Virus record (IMG/VR): IMGVR_UViG_3300031992_002320
Strand: one strand, 5' to 3'
Origin: an uncultured virus (IMG/VR IMGVR_UViG_3300031992_002320)
Lineage: Duplodnaviria > Heunggongvirae > Uroviricota > Caudoviricetes
Length of the DNA: 64,000 nucleotides
Position 1 is the first letter of the stretch, and each line of letters starts with the position of its first letter. The notes below the pieces were generated by a model, which saw only the letters and a list, made by a program, of their open reading frames with translations, was not told where the DNA came from and ran no database searches. A program made the translations under genes and the position numbers. Of this stretch, positions 38,200 through 47,734 are shown one piece after another.

Positions 38200-39795
38200 G
38201 TGATTATGGGAAAATTATCTTTGGATATTGATCTTACAGAGGCTACGGAGGCGGCTGAGGCGGCCAACGAGGCGGTTGTAGACGAGGAGACTGGTATTTC
38301 TGCGGATGAAGGCTCTACGGGGGCAAATTCGGCTGAGAATGGCTCGAATTCGGAGGCATCTGGGGGTAAATCGGGTGACCACTCTTTGGATACGGGTGGT
38401 TCTGATGATACGGCAGCCAATAAGAAGGTCAAGAGGACCAAGAAGGTCACTCGTGAGGTTGTGAGTTTGCCCACCATCGCGGTTGGGATGGCGGATTTCA
38501 GTGATATTCACGTTGAGGATGCTTATGTGGGTTCAACGAGGGTTCGTCATAAGAATGGGACCTTGTCGGTAGCCGAGGGTTGTGATGACCTTATGCTTGA
38601 GTATCTGCCTCTTACGGCTTTGTTCGTTCTTGAGGGTGTTCCGAGGATGCGTGATGTGGTTGTGGATCCTCGTTTGGAGGCTTCGATTGCCGCCAATGGT
38701 ATCCTTGAGCCGCTTCTCGTTGTGGATGTTGGTGGGGCCGAGAGTTATTCGTTCCTTGTTCTTGATGGTGCAAGGCGTCTTGCTGTGGCTCACAAGCTGG
38801 GGATTGAGAGAGTCCCTTGTGTGTTTGGGCATGATTGGAGGACTAATAATACCGGCTTCATCGAGGCTGTTTGCAATATGCATCGTGAGTGGGGGCCGGT
38901 GGAGTTCTATAACCTTTTGGTACTTGCCCATGCCGGTGGTCTTTCGAATGAGCGTTTGCTTAATTCGGTTTGTACGGTTGATGATGGTGATTTTTATAAG
39001 CTCAGTGATATCGCGGCGGATGCGGATATGGGAGAGATTCTTGAGAAGCTCTTGGCTGGTAAGTTCCGTCACACCGAGATTGCGGTGGCTTATAAGCGTG
39101 TAGAGAGTTTGCGTAAGCAGGCCGCTATCGATGATGTTGAGGGTGAGGAGTCTGAGGAGGGTGCTGAGGCTTCTGCCGAGGGTGGCGAGGATGCGCCTCT
39201 TGTTCCTTATGATGCCCATGTCGACTTTGATGCACTTTCTGCCGAGGGTATTTCGGGTGAGGACCTTAAGAGTCAGGTTGAGAAGGGTGATTCCATCGAG
39301 GGCTTTGGTGCTCATCAGCAGGAGGTTGGCAATCGTGAGTGCATCGATCCGGCGATTCGTAAGGCGGTTATGATTCGTTCTGCTGGCCGTTGTGTATGTT
39401 GTGGCCGTGGTGGTGAGAGTTATGTGGACTGCCTTGATTGTCATCATATCGTGCCCGTGTTCCTTGGTGGTAAGGATGAGGTTGATAACTGTGCAATGCT
39501 CTGCATCACTTGTCACCGTATGGTTCACTTGTATGGCAATGGATCCTTGGTTCTTGATGATGCTTTGGAGAAGAAGTATTTTGACCTTACCGATGAGGAA
39601 CTTAAGCTCTATCCGAGTGAGGGTATCTTCCTTGCCGAGCGTGATAGGATGAGCCGTATTGTAAGGCTTGGAACCATCATTCGTGAGGGTGCGGCGGTTC
39701 AGAAGAAGTCGCGTGAGCAGCTTCGTGATGAGCATCCGGTTGGCAACCTTGGCAGGAGAATGCCGGGTGTGAATGGTGTTCAGACAGAGGCATAG
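38200..39795 (+). CDS. ParB/Srx N-terminal domain fused to a C-terminal HNH nuclease
   Basis: SIAANGILEPLLV...LDGARRL; CVCCG...CHHIVPVFLGGKD...N...LCITCH. Confidence 0.85.
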   Translation: MIMGKLSLDIDLTEATEAAEAANEAVVDEETGISADEGSTGANSAENGSNSEASGGKSGDHSLDTGGSDDTAANKKVKRTKKVTREVVSLPTIAVGMADFSDIHVEDAYVGSTRVRHKNGTLSVAEGCDDLMLEYLPLTALFVLEGVPRMRDVVVDPRLEASIAANGILEPLLVVDVGGAESYSFLVLDGARRLAVAHKLGIERVPCVFGHDWRTNNTGFIEAVCNMHREWGPVEFYNLLVLAHAGGLSNERLLNSVCTVDDGDFYKLSDIAADADMGEILEKLLAGKFRHTEIAVAYKRVESLRKQAAIDDVEGEESEEGAEASAEGGEDAPLVPYDAHVDFDALSAEGISGEDLKSQVEKGDSIEGFGAHQQEVGNRECIDPAIRKAVMIRSAGRCVCCGRGGESYVDCLDCHHIVPVFLGGKDEVDNCAMLCITCHRMVHLYGNGSLVLDDALEKKYFDLTDEELKLYPSEGIFLAERDRMSRIVRLGTIIREGAAVQKKSREQLRDEHPVGNLGRRMPGVNGVQTEA

Positions 39796-39820
39796 TTGAT
39801 AATTTGTTATACAGTTATTT

Positions 39821-39854
39821 GGGGTATTCCTTTTGTGGGGGTACCCCTTATTTT
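39821..39854 (+). terminator. Rho-independent terminator
   Basis: GGGGTATTCC / GGGGTACCCC followed by TTATTTT. Confidence 0.75.
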
Positions 39855-39876
39855 GTTCAGTGATGGAGGTATGTTT

Positions 39877-40992
39877 ATGGTGTCACGAGTTAAGGTTTCC
39901 AATGTCCGTTCTGTGGGTGGAGTGGATGTTTGTGATGTTGAGTTTTTCGATACCGATGGTTCTCTGCCTAAGTTAGAGGGTGTGCCTTGTGTGTCTGTTT
40001 GTAAGTTCATGTCGGGTGCGGAATCCGCTGTGGAGACGGAGTTGGATACTGGCATGGTTCAGAGTTTGTCGGGTGGATCCGGAGGATCTGGTGATGAGAG
40101 TGATTTCCATAAGCTCATTATGCAGGGGTTTAGGGATAATCGTCTGGTCAGTGACTTGGTTGACTTCGGGTTCTCTGATGATAACCTTAGGGAATTGGCC
40201 TTGATGCATCGTGATGGTAATGAGGATCTTAAGTCCTACATCGAGGATTTGCTGGAGGATTGCAATTTCCATACGGAGTGTGGTGCTTTCAGTGAGGGCA
40301 TGTATGATGATTATCTTGGTGAGGATGATGCCACGGGTGCCTTTTGCATGGATGACATCGTGTTAGGGGACCGTAGTAGTATATTTTATTATCCCGATGT
40401 AGACTTTGTTAACTGTGTGGGTGTACCCGTGCATGATTATAAGGCTTTGGATAAGTGGGCGAGGCGGCATGATGTGTATAAGAGTGGTAGATGTGATAAG
40501 ATTGGAGTTTTTTTCAATCTTACTTTGTCGGGGTTAAAGAAGTTGCATAGGCGCATGCATGCTTTTGATTCGGGGCTTATGGAGTGTGTAGAAGATACGG
40601 ATGTAAGTATGTATGCAATAAAAGGTGTTTGTGATCTGAGACCTCTGGTTGAGAATATTGGAGTTGTAAATGATTTTGATCGGGTTATGTCTGGGGAGGT
40701 TCGGTGTACTGAGGGGCGTGTGCTGGAGGATGCTATAGACTTTAGTTTTGAGTTCACTATGGGGAAAGATAATTCTGTCTGGGATGGGGCCTCTATTATT
40801 GGTTTGCATCTGATGGAACAGGATAATGATGGTGGTGATTTCTTCTTTGGTGGGTTAGAAAGCGTGCATCTTTATGATGAGGAGTTGTTCAGTGTGGCGC
40901 GTATGGCCTTCATGCAGAGGTTTGGATTAAAAGGGGCCATTCTTGGTGAAGGGCTTCGTGGCTTGATTGGGAAGGAGATTCAGTTGGCATAG
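39877..40992 (+). CDS. Shared-N-domain family member 1
   Basis: MVSRVKVS...CDVEFFDTDGSLPKLEGV; GGAGGT RBS; start moved to ATG 39877. Confidence 0.75.
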   Translation: MVSRVKVSNVRSVGGVDVCDVEFFDTDGSLPKLEGVPCVSVCKFMSGAESAVETELDTGMVQSLSGGSGGSGDESDFHKLIMQGFRDNRLVSDLVDFGFSDDNLRELALMHRDGNEDLKSYIEDLLEDCNFHTECGAFSEGMYDDYLGEDDATGAFCMDDIVLGDRSSIFYYPDVDFVNCVGVPVHDYKALDKWARRHDVYKSGRCDKIGVFFNLTLSGLKKLHRRMHAFDSGLMECVEDTDVSMYAIKGVCDLRPLVENIGVVNDFDRVMSGEVRCTEGRVLEDAIDFSFEFTMGKDNSVWDGASIIGLHLMEQDNDGGDFFFGGLESVHLYDEELFSVARMAFMQRFGLKGAILGEGLRGLIGKEIQLA

Positions 40993-41004
40993 TGGAGGTG
41001 TGGT

Positions 41005-41793
41005 ATGCTTTCAAAGGTTAGTTTGACCGCATGTGGTGATAATGTTTTTAATGTGGTTCTTACGGATGATGTTCTTGGAGACTTGCCGGAGCTTAATGGG
41101 ATTAGTGCCAAGGATATTATTGCGTATTTGAGAGGTAGTGAGGGTGTAGACTGCAATTTCAAGATTGATGCTTCGCGTGTAGTGTTGGATGATGATCTAT
41201 TTGAGCCAGAGTCGCGTTGGTTTAAGGATAAGTCTTACTTGGTTAGGGATAAGGTGTGGGTGCCACAGAATTCTGTTGGGATTCGGCCTAATGTTACATT
41301 TGGTCAGATGCAGTTCGTGTTCGATGTTCTTACGGATGAGATTCGTGATATGACAGATAATGTGTATTGTTGTTCCTATGTGAGTGGTGAGTATATTAGT
41401 CATGGTTCTCGTCAAATGGAGGATTATCGAGAGTCTGCTCATACTGGGTTCATTGTTAATGTGCAGGATGGGACTGTTACGTATGGTATCGAGAAGCTGG
41501 TCCTTGTTAATAAGGGCTTACATAGGGATGTCTTAGAATATAAAAACACTGGGAGTGTATCCATTCGGAGTTCAAAGGTTTTAAGCATGCTTTCTGGGTT
41601 GTCAGTGAATAGAATTATTTTTAGAGAGTCCTTTGATAGCAGTCGGGATGATGGGGAGGCTCTTATTTTTGTGAATGAGTCAGACATGTATGTCTGTGTT
41701 AAGTTGGATCCTGACTTGGTTAAAAACTTTAATAAGCATTATACGAGTAGGACGGATTGGAGTTCCATACCGTTGAGTGATTTTGATTGTTAA
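41005..41793 (+). CDS. Shared-N-domain family member 2
   Basis: MLSKVSL...FNVVLTDDVLGDLPELNGI...CNFKI. Confidence 0.8.
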   Translation: MLSKVSLTACGDNVFNVVLTDDVLGDLPELNGISAKDIIAYLRGSEGVDCNFKIDASRVVLDDDLFEPESRWFKDKSYLVRDKVWVPQNSVGIRPNVTFGQMQFVFDVLTDEIRDMTDNVYCCSYVSGEYISHGSRQMEDYRESAHTGFIVNVQDGTVTYGIEKLVLVNKGLHRDVLEYKNTGSVSIRSSKVLSMLSGLSVNRIIFRESFDSSRDDGEALIFVNESDMYVCVKLDPDLVKNFNKHYTSRTDWSSIPLSDFDC

Positions 41794-41817
41794 TCCTTTT
41801 GTTTAGGAGGTGGATAT

Positions 41818-43077
41818 ATGGTTTCGAAGATTACTTTGTCTGATGTTGGTGGGGCCTTTGATATGGTTCTTACCGATGATGTGCTTGGGGATTTGCCCAC
41901 TCTCAATTCCGTTTCGGAGGAGAGTGTTATAGCGTATGCGAAGGGGGCCACTGGAGCCACCTTTAATTTTGAGATCGTGGGTAATCGTGTTGTTCTTGGT
42001 GGTAAGCCGGTGGCCAAGCCCAAGGCCAAGGCTGTAGCTGGGGATGGCAGTAAGGCGATTCAGAAGAAATTCAATGCCTTTATAAATAAATATTGGGAGT
42101 TCGGTGATGAGAATTGTAGTGCGTCGATGTGTACATCTAAATACTATGGGGATTGGTTTCATGTGAAGAAGGGTGTGTCCCCGGCTGATGTATATCGTGA
42201 CTTGGTTGAGCTTAAAAAGATGTCGGGTATGTCTGTGAGGGATTTAATTTTTGGGTATACTCATCCTTGTGTGAAGGGTGGTGTGTTCCATTATAGTCAT
42301 TACACTCATTATCCGTATGAGAGTGCTAAGACCAAGGAATACTGGAAGAGTGTTTATTATGCCATTGGGGAGTCTTTGGAGTCGTTATACAAGAAGCTTG
42401 ATTCCATTGATAAGTCCTTGGATGCCACTCTCGTTTATATCGATTGCGGTGTTTGTACTTGGGGTAATATCCCGGAGGAGTTCGTGACTGATGATGTCAA
42501 ATACCATTTTGGCTCGATGCGGTGTACTAAAAAGTTCTGTGTGGAGTCGGAGCCCACTAAGGCGGATCTTAAGTCCCTTAAGGAGGATTTATGGTGGAGC
42601 GACATTTCGGATTCGTTCTTCCCGATTTCTGTGGATTTGGCCAAGGATATTTTGAAAAATAATTCGGTGTTGTTGAGGGCCATTCTACGCCGTGAGGGTA
42701 CTAAGTATTATGATTTGGGTGCGGACTATGTAGATGCTTTAATTCAGAGTCGATCTTGGGGTACCGCAAGTGTGAAGGATCTGTTTAGGGCCTTGAGTTC
42801 TGCAGAGCCTTTGCCTGTGTTGACTCTTAATTATGTTGTGGCTCAGCATCCGAATTCTGCGGCTGAGGTGCTCTTTGATATGGTTGCCAAGCAGAAGCGT
42901 TATAGTTCCGAGTATGAACTTAATACCGAGGATGCGAACTATGGTAGATATGTTGGTGTTGTGAAGGCTCTTACGAATGAGAATTTGCTTGGGATGATTA
43001 ATGTGAAGCCTTTGTTATTTGATATGGTGATGGATGCGGATCGTAGGGAGATGCTTCGTAGTATGCGTAGGGGTTAA
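41818..43077 (+). CDS. Shared-N-domain family member 3
   Basis: MVSKITLS...FDMVLTDDVLGDLPTLNSV...FNFEI. Confidence 0.8.
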   Translation: MVSKITLSDVGGAFDMVLTDDVLGDLPTLNSVSEESVIAYAKGATGATFNFEIVGNRVVLGGKPVAKPKAKAVAGDGSKAIQKKFNAFINKYWEFGDENCSASMCTSKYYGDWFHVKKGVSPADVYRDLVELKKMSGMSVRDLIFGYTHPCVKGGVFHYSHYTHYPYESAKTKEYWKSVYYAIGESLESLYKKLDSIDKSLDATLVYIDCGVCTWGNIPEEFVTDDVKYHFGSMRCTKKFCVESEPTKADLKSLKEDLWWSDISDSFFPISVDLAKDILKNNSVLLRAILRREGTKYYDLGADYVDALIQSRSWGTASVKDLFRALSSAEPLPVLTLNYVVAQHPNSAAEVLFDMVAKQKRYSSEYELNTEDANYGRYVGVVKALTNENLLGMINVKPLLFDMVMDADRREMLRSMRRG

Positions 43078-43098
43078 TGGTATTCAGGAGGGTGTGAT

Positions 43099-43515
43099 GT
43101 GGTAGTTTATGGTTTCTATGGTTTAGGCAAGTCCACCTTTTGTAAGGAGCACTCGGAGTGTTGTCGTGATTTGGATGTTCAGATTGATGGGGATCCTATG
43201 GTGACCGAGCGAGAGGTTCGTGAGAGTGCTGGTTGTGGTGGTTTGGTGTTTACCAATTGTCTGTGTGTATTTGATATTGTGGATATCGCTTTCATCCCGG
43301 ATGATGTGAATTTTGTTATTGATAGGTTGCGTCGGAGGGGTAATGTGTCCGATGAGTTTATTGATTTGTTTGTTCGTGGGGAGTTTGTGACCTTGCCGTG
43401 TGATTATCGTGGTAAGGTTATTCGTTTGGGTGCGGATGAGTATATTTCGGATTATGAGGATTTGCTGATGCAGGGTGTTCATTATCCTTATTTTCCGTCT
43501 ATGGATTGTGATTAG
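43099..43515 (+). CDS. Small P-loop kinase-like protein
   Basis: N-terminal VVYGFYGLGKSTF; RLRRRG lid-like motif. Confidence 0.7.
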   Translation: MVVYGFYGLGKSTFCKEHSECCRDLDVQIDGDPMVTEREVRESAGCGGLVFTNCLCVFDIVDIAFIPDDVNFVIDRLRRRGNVSDEFIDLFVRGEFVTLPCDYRGKVIRLGADEYISDYEDLLMQGVHYPYFPSMDCD

Positions 43516-43533
43516 GCAAAGGGGGTTCTGTTT

Positions 43534-44025
43534 ATGCTGGTGAAGGTTTTGGTGTTGAATCCTATAAGTCATGGGACCGAGGATTTTTGTGATATTCAGC
43601 TCATTGATGATTCTTTGGGTAGTCTCCCTTTGTTGAGGAATGTAAATTGTAGTCAGTTGCATGAGTATCTTAGTGGGGCTGGTTCGGTGGAGACGAATTT
43701 TGAGTTGAGTGGTAATAATTTGGTTATGGTGGATGATCAGCCTTATTTCCCTAATCGCAAGCTTGTTGAAAAGAGTTCGGTTGTTTTTGATCCGAATAAT
43801 ATTTTTGGTAAGACTTTGGAGGATTGGTATTTTGCGGCGTGTGGTATGTATGAACAGTATTGTTCGGAGAATGGTGGTGATGATGCGGATTATGAGGAGG
43901 TTGTCTCTTTGGATGATTTCAAGGCGGATTTAGAGGGGTTGTATGCCGAGGCAGTTAATTCTGGTGATGATGCTGGTGGGTTTTGTAGATTGCTGGATGA
44001 CTGGGTATATAATCAGGTGAACTAA
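43534..44025 (+). CDS. Shared-N-domain family member 4
   Basis: MLVKVLV...CDIQLIDDSLGSLPLLRNV...TNFEL. Confidence 0.8.
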   Translation: MLVKVLVLNPISHGTEDFCDIQLIDDSLGSLPLLRNVNCSQLHEYLSGAGSVETNFELSGNNLVMVDDQPYFPNRKLVEKSSVVFDPNNIFGKTLEDWYFAACGMYEQYCSENGGDDADYEEVVSLDDFKADLEGLYAEAVNSGDDAGGFCRLLDDWVYNQVN

Positions 44026-44037
44026 GAGGAGGTTTAT

Positions 44038-45294
44038 ATGCTTTGTAAGATTGAGATTTCCAATGCTGTACATGGTAGTGATAGTGACTACTGTACGGTT
44101 GTTCTTGTGGATGATGTGTTTGGTCGATTGCCGGAGCTTCATGATGTTCCGGCATCACAGTTGTATAAGTATTTGGAGACCAGCACCGAGGAGATGGTGT
44201 GCAACTTTAGTCTGGGTGCTGATACCAATAGGTTTGAGACGGTTGATGGTGCGCCCTTTAGTGACGATGCCAAGACTGTGGTTGATGTTTGGAGGGAGTT
44301 TAATAATTCCGCGTGTTTGGCGGAGCATAATCGAGATAATAGGGTTATTTTTGCTTGGGATGATCATTGCTGTTGTGTGCCACGGGTTATAGACTGTGAT
44401 GGTGGTGTTAAGGCCAATTTATTTTTATATGGGTACGACGTGGAGAGTAGGAATTCAGGTGTGGCTGTTTATTGTGTGCCGAATCGTGGTTTCGTGGTTT
44501 TATCCAAGCGTTTGGGTGGTCTTAGCCATCCTTGGGGTTACGTGAAGAGGCTTCTTTCAGAGGGTGCGGCAAGAGCTCTTGTCTTACCGGTTAGTGCTGG
44601 TGTGGGTTGGCATTTTACGGGGGCTCGTGTTGCGGATGAGTTAGGAGACTTAGGGAGAGGTTGCAAGGATGTGGTGATGTACACCTATGAGAAGTCTGGT
44701 GAGGTTTGTGATGTTATATCATATACGGACGCATCTGGAATATTGAGGAGTTGTGTGAATGATGATGACGTTGCATATGAGCTTGATTGTTTTGAGGATA
44801 CTTGGCTCTGTGATGATGCCTTGAGTCGATATGAGCACTATTTATCAAAGTTGAGTAAGAGTGAGCCTTTTTCTGATGCTGTGGGTGAGCCTTTTTCTGG
44901 ACCTGTGGGTGACCTTGAGGGATGGGATGTGGAAGCTATACAACAAAATATGCAGTGGGCCCATGATAAGTTGATTCGTAGGATCAATGATACCTATCGG
45001 GTTCTCAATATGTATTGTGATGTAGGGGCTGGTGAGCCGGGGCTTATTGTTCATTCGGGTGATTATGTTTCTTATGGTGTTGATGTGAGTGGGTATCCGC
45101 TTGGTCAGTATGAGATTATTGATGCGGACTTGAATGATACATTCCATGAGCTCGGTTTTGATGAGGTTGTTCTTCGTGGGGCCGATAAGGATCATGTTGG
45201 TTGTCACAAGACATCTGATGAGTCCCTTACGGTATATGTGGACTTGGCCGCCGATTATGTGAGAGGGTTTAAGAGTCACATAGGTAAGAGGTAG
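44038..45294 (+). CDS. Shared-N-domain family member 5
   Basis: MLCKIEIS...CTVVLVDDVFGRLPELHDV...CNFSL. Confidence 0.8.
   Translation: MLCKIEISNAVHGSDSDYCTVVLVDDVFGRLPELHDVPASQLYKYLETSTEEMVCNFSLGADTNRFETVDGAPFSDDAKTVVDVWREFNNSACLAEHNRDNRVIFAWDDHCCCVPRVIDCDGGVKANLFLYGYDVESRNSGVAVYCVPNRGFVVLSKRLGGLSHPWGYVKRLLSEGAARALVLPVSAGVGWHFTGARVADELGDLGRGCKDVVMYTYEKSGEVCDVISYTDASGILRSCVNDDDVAYELDCFEDTWLCDDALSRYEHYLSKLSKSEPFSDAVGEPFSGPVGDLEGWDVEAIQQNMQWAHDKLIRRINDTYRVLNMYCDVGAGEPGLIVHSGDYVSYGVDVSGYPLGQYEIIDADLNDTFHELGFDEVVLRGADKDHVGCHKTSDESLTVYVDLAADYVRGFKSHIGKR
44861..44912 (+). repeat. 24-bp tandem duplication at an interdomain linker
   Basis: GTGAGCCTTTTTCTGATGCTGTGG followed by GTGAGCCTTTTTCTGGACCTGTGG, then GTGA. 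Confidence 0.8.
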
Positions 45295-45310
45295 TTTGGA
45301 GGTGTTTTTA

Positions 45311-45760
45311 ATGGCTGGTAGTTCTAATGGTTCTGTACCGCAGACTGTGGTGAGGTTACGTTCAAGGGTGGCGGCTTTGAGCAGTGCGGAGGCTGCGCTG
45401 GGGCATAATTCGGAGGAGTTTAAGCGACTCAAGGAGGAGTGTGAGCGTTGTGTCATCTTCAGGGCCATATCTTTTGTCATTGGGGTTCTGTTGATGCTCA
45501 TATATCTGCTTCTCGTTGCACCGAGGAACTCCGTTGGTGGTTTTGATATTCAGTTTATATTGCCGGCCATTGTTGTGCTTGTGGTTTATGTTGGTGTCAC
45601 CGCCTATATGGAGTCGAGTATTAATTCACCTTGGTTCGGCAAGTGGAATTTTTATTATGACTGGTATCGAGGGCACAGCAGTAGGCGTGGGCGTGGTGGT
45701 GAGTCGCCGGAGATTACGTCAGATGCGATATCAAAGTTTGTGAAGGGGCTTTACAGTTAA
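45311..45760 (+). CDS. Two-TM membrane protein
   Basis: GGAGGTG RBS, ATG 45311; two hydrophobic helices. Confidence 0.7.
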   Translation: MAGSSNGSVPQTVVRLRSRVAALSSAEAALGHNSEEFKRLKEECERCVIFRAISFVIGVLLMLIYLLLVAPRNSVGGFDIQFILPAIVVLVVYVGVTAYMESSINSPWFGKWNFYYDWYRGHSSRRGRGGESPEITSDAISKFVKGLYS

Positions 45761-45770
45761 GCCCCTTTTC
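45743..45770 (+). terminator. Rho-independent terminator
   Basis: AAGGGGCTT (45743-45751) / AAGCCCCTT (45759-45767) followed by TTC. Confidence 0.75.
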
Positions 45771-45864
45771 CATTGTTCATTTTATTTCCCTTTTTGGTAT
45801 ATGTTGTATTACTTTTAGGGTTTTTACTGTTTTAATCCATATTTGGGTTTTATAGGAGGTCTAT

Positions 45865-47721
45865 ATGATTACTAAGATGGAGGTTAGTCACGGTTCGGGT
45901 GATGGGTTGTTTAATCTTACCCTTACCGATGCTATGTGTGGGGCGTTGCCCATGATGCCTGATGTATCCATGATGGGTGTTCTCGTATATTACGATGGTT
46001 GTGATAATATGCCGGAGTGTAATTTCACGGTTCGTGATGATGGCAATGGTGGTCGTAAGATTGTCATCAATGGTGAGATCGCCGAGGGTGATGCGGATGT
46101 TGAGGTGCATGGTGGCACTATTGTAAATCTATCTGGTCTCAAGGCAGAGCAGGAGATGAAGCGTGAGAAGGTGAAGAAGATGACTGCTGCCGAGAGGCGT
46201 AAGAACCTTTCTGGTGGTCGACAGTCTGCGGTTAAGGAGATGCTTGCGGCTGTGGAGGAGGGTATCCGTAATTCCGAGGATCAGACCTTCTTGGGTTCGA
46301 AGCAGAGAAAGGATTATGTAGCTGCACAGAAGGAGGCTTGGGAGCGTCAGAAGCAGGAGAATCTCAAGCGTCTTGCGGAGAGGACTGAGGCCACATCTGG
46401 GCAGGTGGATGCTGGAGAGATAATTTTGGATCCGACCACGATGAGTTTGCGTAGGAAGGATTCTTGGTTGGCGGAGGTTTCCGTGAATGGTCTTGAGGGG
46501 GCTGATACGGAGTTGCCTTTGGATGATGGTTCTGATATTCAGTTCATGAAGGATACTGGGATGATGTACTGGGGTTTGCTTTCCGAGGAGGGCTTTAAGC
46601 GTGAGGTGAATCTTGCACAGTATTACTGGAATGGTAGTTCCGTTATGCATTGTAAGACCGTGGGTGATAAGCTCAGGGCCGTTATTAAGTATATTGGTGA
46701 TTATGATATCTATATGGGCAGTTTGTTGACGGTGCTCTTGAGTAAGGGTACTCGTAAGGACCTTACGGGTATTCTTGCACAGGGTGGTGCCTTGGTTCTC
46801 TTTAGGGGCAAGGATGGGACGCGTCAGAGGACTGCTTTTGTTGATGGTACAAATATGTTCATTTCGATGGAGATGCTCTCGGCTCTGCCCTTACCTCATC
46901 TCGCATTTTTGATTATGCATGAGCTCAGGCACCTGCTTAACCGTGATTGTATGCGTGGGGTGGGGCATTTCCGTAAGTATTGGAATATCGCAATCGATGC
47001 GGTGGTTAATATGGAGCTTGCAAAGCTCTATTGTTTGGACAGGTTCAAGGATCCCTATTCTCTTATCGATGGGGTTCACGAGCGTGGATTTGTGAAGTTC
47101 TCTGATGTTGCACCGAAGGTTTCCAAGGATGGTGCCGGTAAGATGAATTTTGATGAGACAGCGGCGGAGTTGGATGCCATCTTTGGTGGTGGGCTTGGTA
47201 CTTCCGTTACTGCCGAGGCTGAGGCATCTGCCGATGTTGTGTTTAAGCCGAGTGGTGATGATATGATTGCGGATTGTACTCAGGGGCCCATGTTCGTTTA
47301 TGGTGGTGTGTTCTTCCCGGACCTTGATATTTCGGTTATGAAGGCCGAGGGCTTTTATAAGTATCTCATGTCAAAGGTTCAGGATAATGGTCTTATTGGT
47401 GCTGGTGCGCCGCAGCCGATGAGTAATGCTAATGGCAAGACTCCTACGAAGCTCACAGATGAGGACTTGAATAATGGTATGGGTTCGGATGAGCTTCTGT
47501 TATCTGATCCTTCAGCTCAGATGGGTGATATGGATTCTGATATGGGCCAGGCGGTAACTATGGATAGTGGTGAGGAGGCTGCGGAGAAGCTCAAGAAGCT
47601 GATCATGTGTCTTAAGGAGGGTGTTGATGTGTTTGGCAATCCTTTGCCGGCAACTGCACAGGCCTCTGTTCGTGCCATTGTGAATAAATATGTTGGGGCA
47701 TTTTCATTGCCGCAGATTTAA
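45865..47721 (+). CDS. Shared-N-domain member 6 fused to a DUF2201_N-type putative metallopeptidase
   Basis: MITKMEVS...FNLTLTDAMCGALPMMPDV...CNFTV; charged helix; TAFVDG, FLIMHELRHLL, WNIAIDAVVN. Confidence 0.8.
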   Translation: MITKMEVSHGSGDGLFNLTLTDAMCGALPMMPDVSMMGVLVYYDGCDNMPECNFTVRDDGNGGRKIVINGEIAEGDADVEVHGGTIVNLSGLKAEQEMKREKVKKMTAAERRKNLSGGRQSAVKEMLAAVEEGIRNSEDQTFLGSKQRKDYVAAQKEAWERQKQENLKRLAERTEATSGQVDAGEIILDPTTMSLRRKDSWLAEVSVNGLEGADTELPLDDGSDIQFMKDTGMMYWGLLSEEGFKREVNLAQYYWNGSSVMHCKTVGDKLRAVIKYIGDYDIYMGSLLTVLLSKGTRKDLTGILAQGGALVLFRGKDGTRQRTAFVDGTNMFISMEMLSALPLPHLAFLIMHELRHLLNRDCMRGVGHFRKYWNIAIDAVVNMELAKLYCLDRFKDPYSLIDGVHERGFVKFSDVAPKVSKDGAGKMNFDETAAELDAIFGGGLGTSVTAEAEASADVVFKPSGDDMIADCTQGPMFVYGGVFFPDLDISVMKAEGFYKYLMSKVQDNGLIGAGAPQPMSNANGKTPTKLTDEDLNNGMGSDELLLSDPSAQMGDMDSDMGQAVTMDSGEEAAEKLKKLIMCLKEGVDVFGNPLPATAQASVRAIVNKYVGAFSLPQI

Positions 47722-47734
47722 GTGAGGTGAGCGT

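Noticed and set aside
39877..47721. Diversity-generating retroelement or invertase shufflon behind the variable array
   Set aside because: No reverse transcriptase, recombinase, TR/VR pair or inverted cassettes; leader similarity is mainly at protein level
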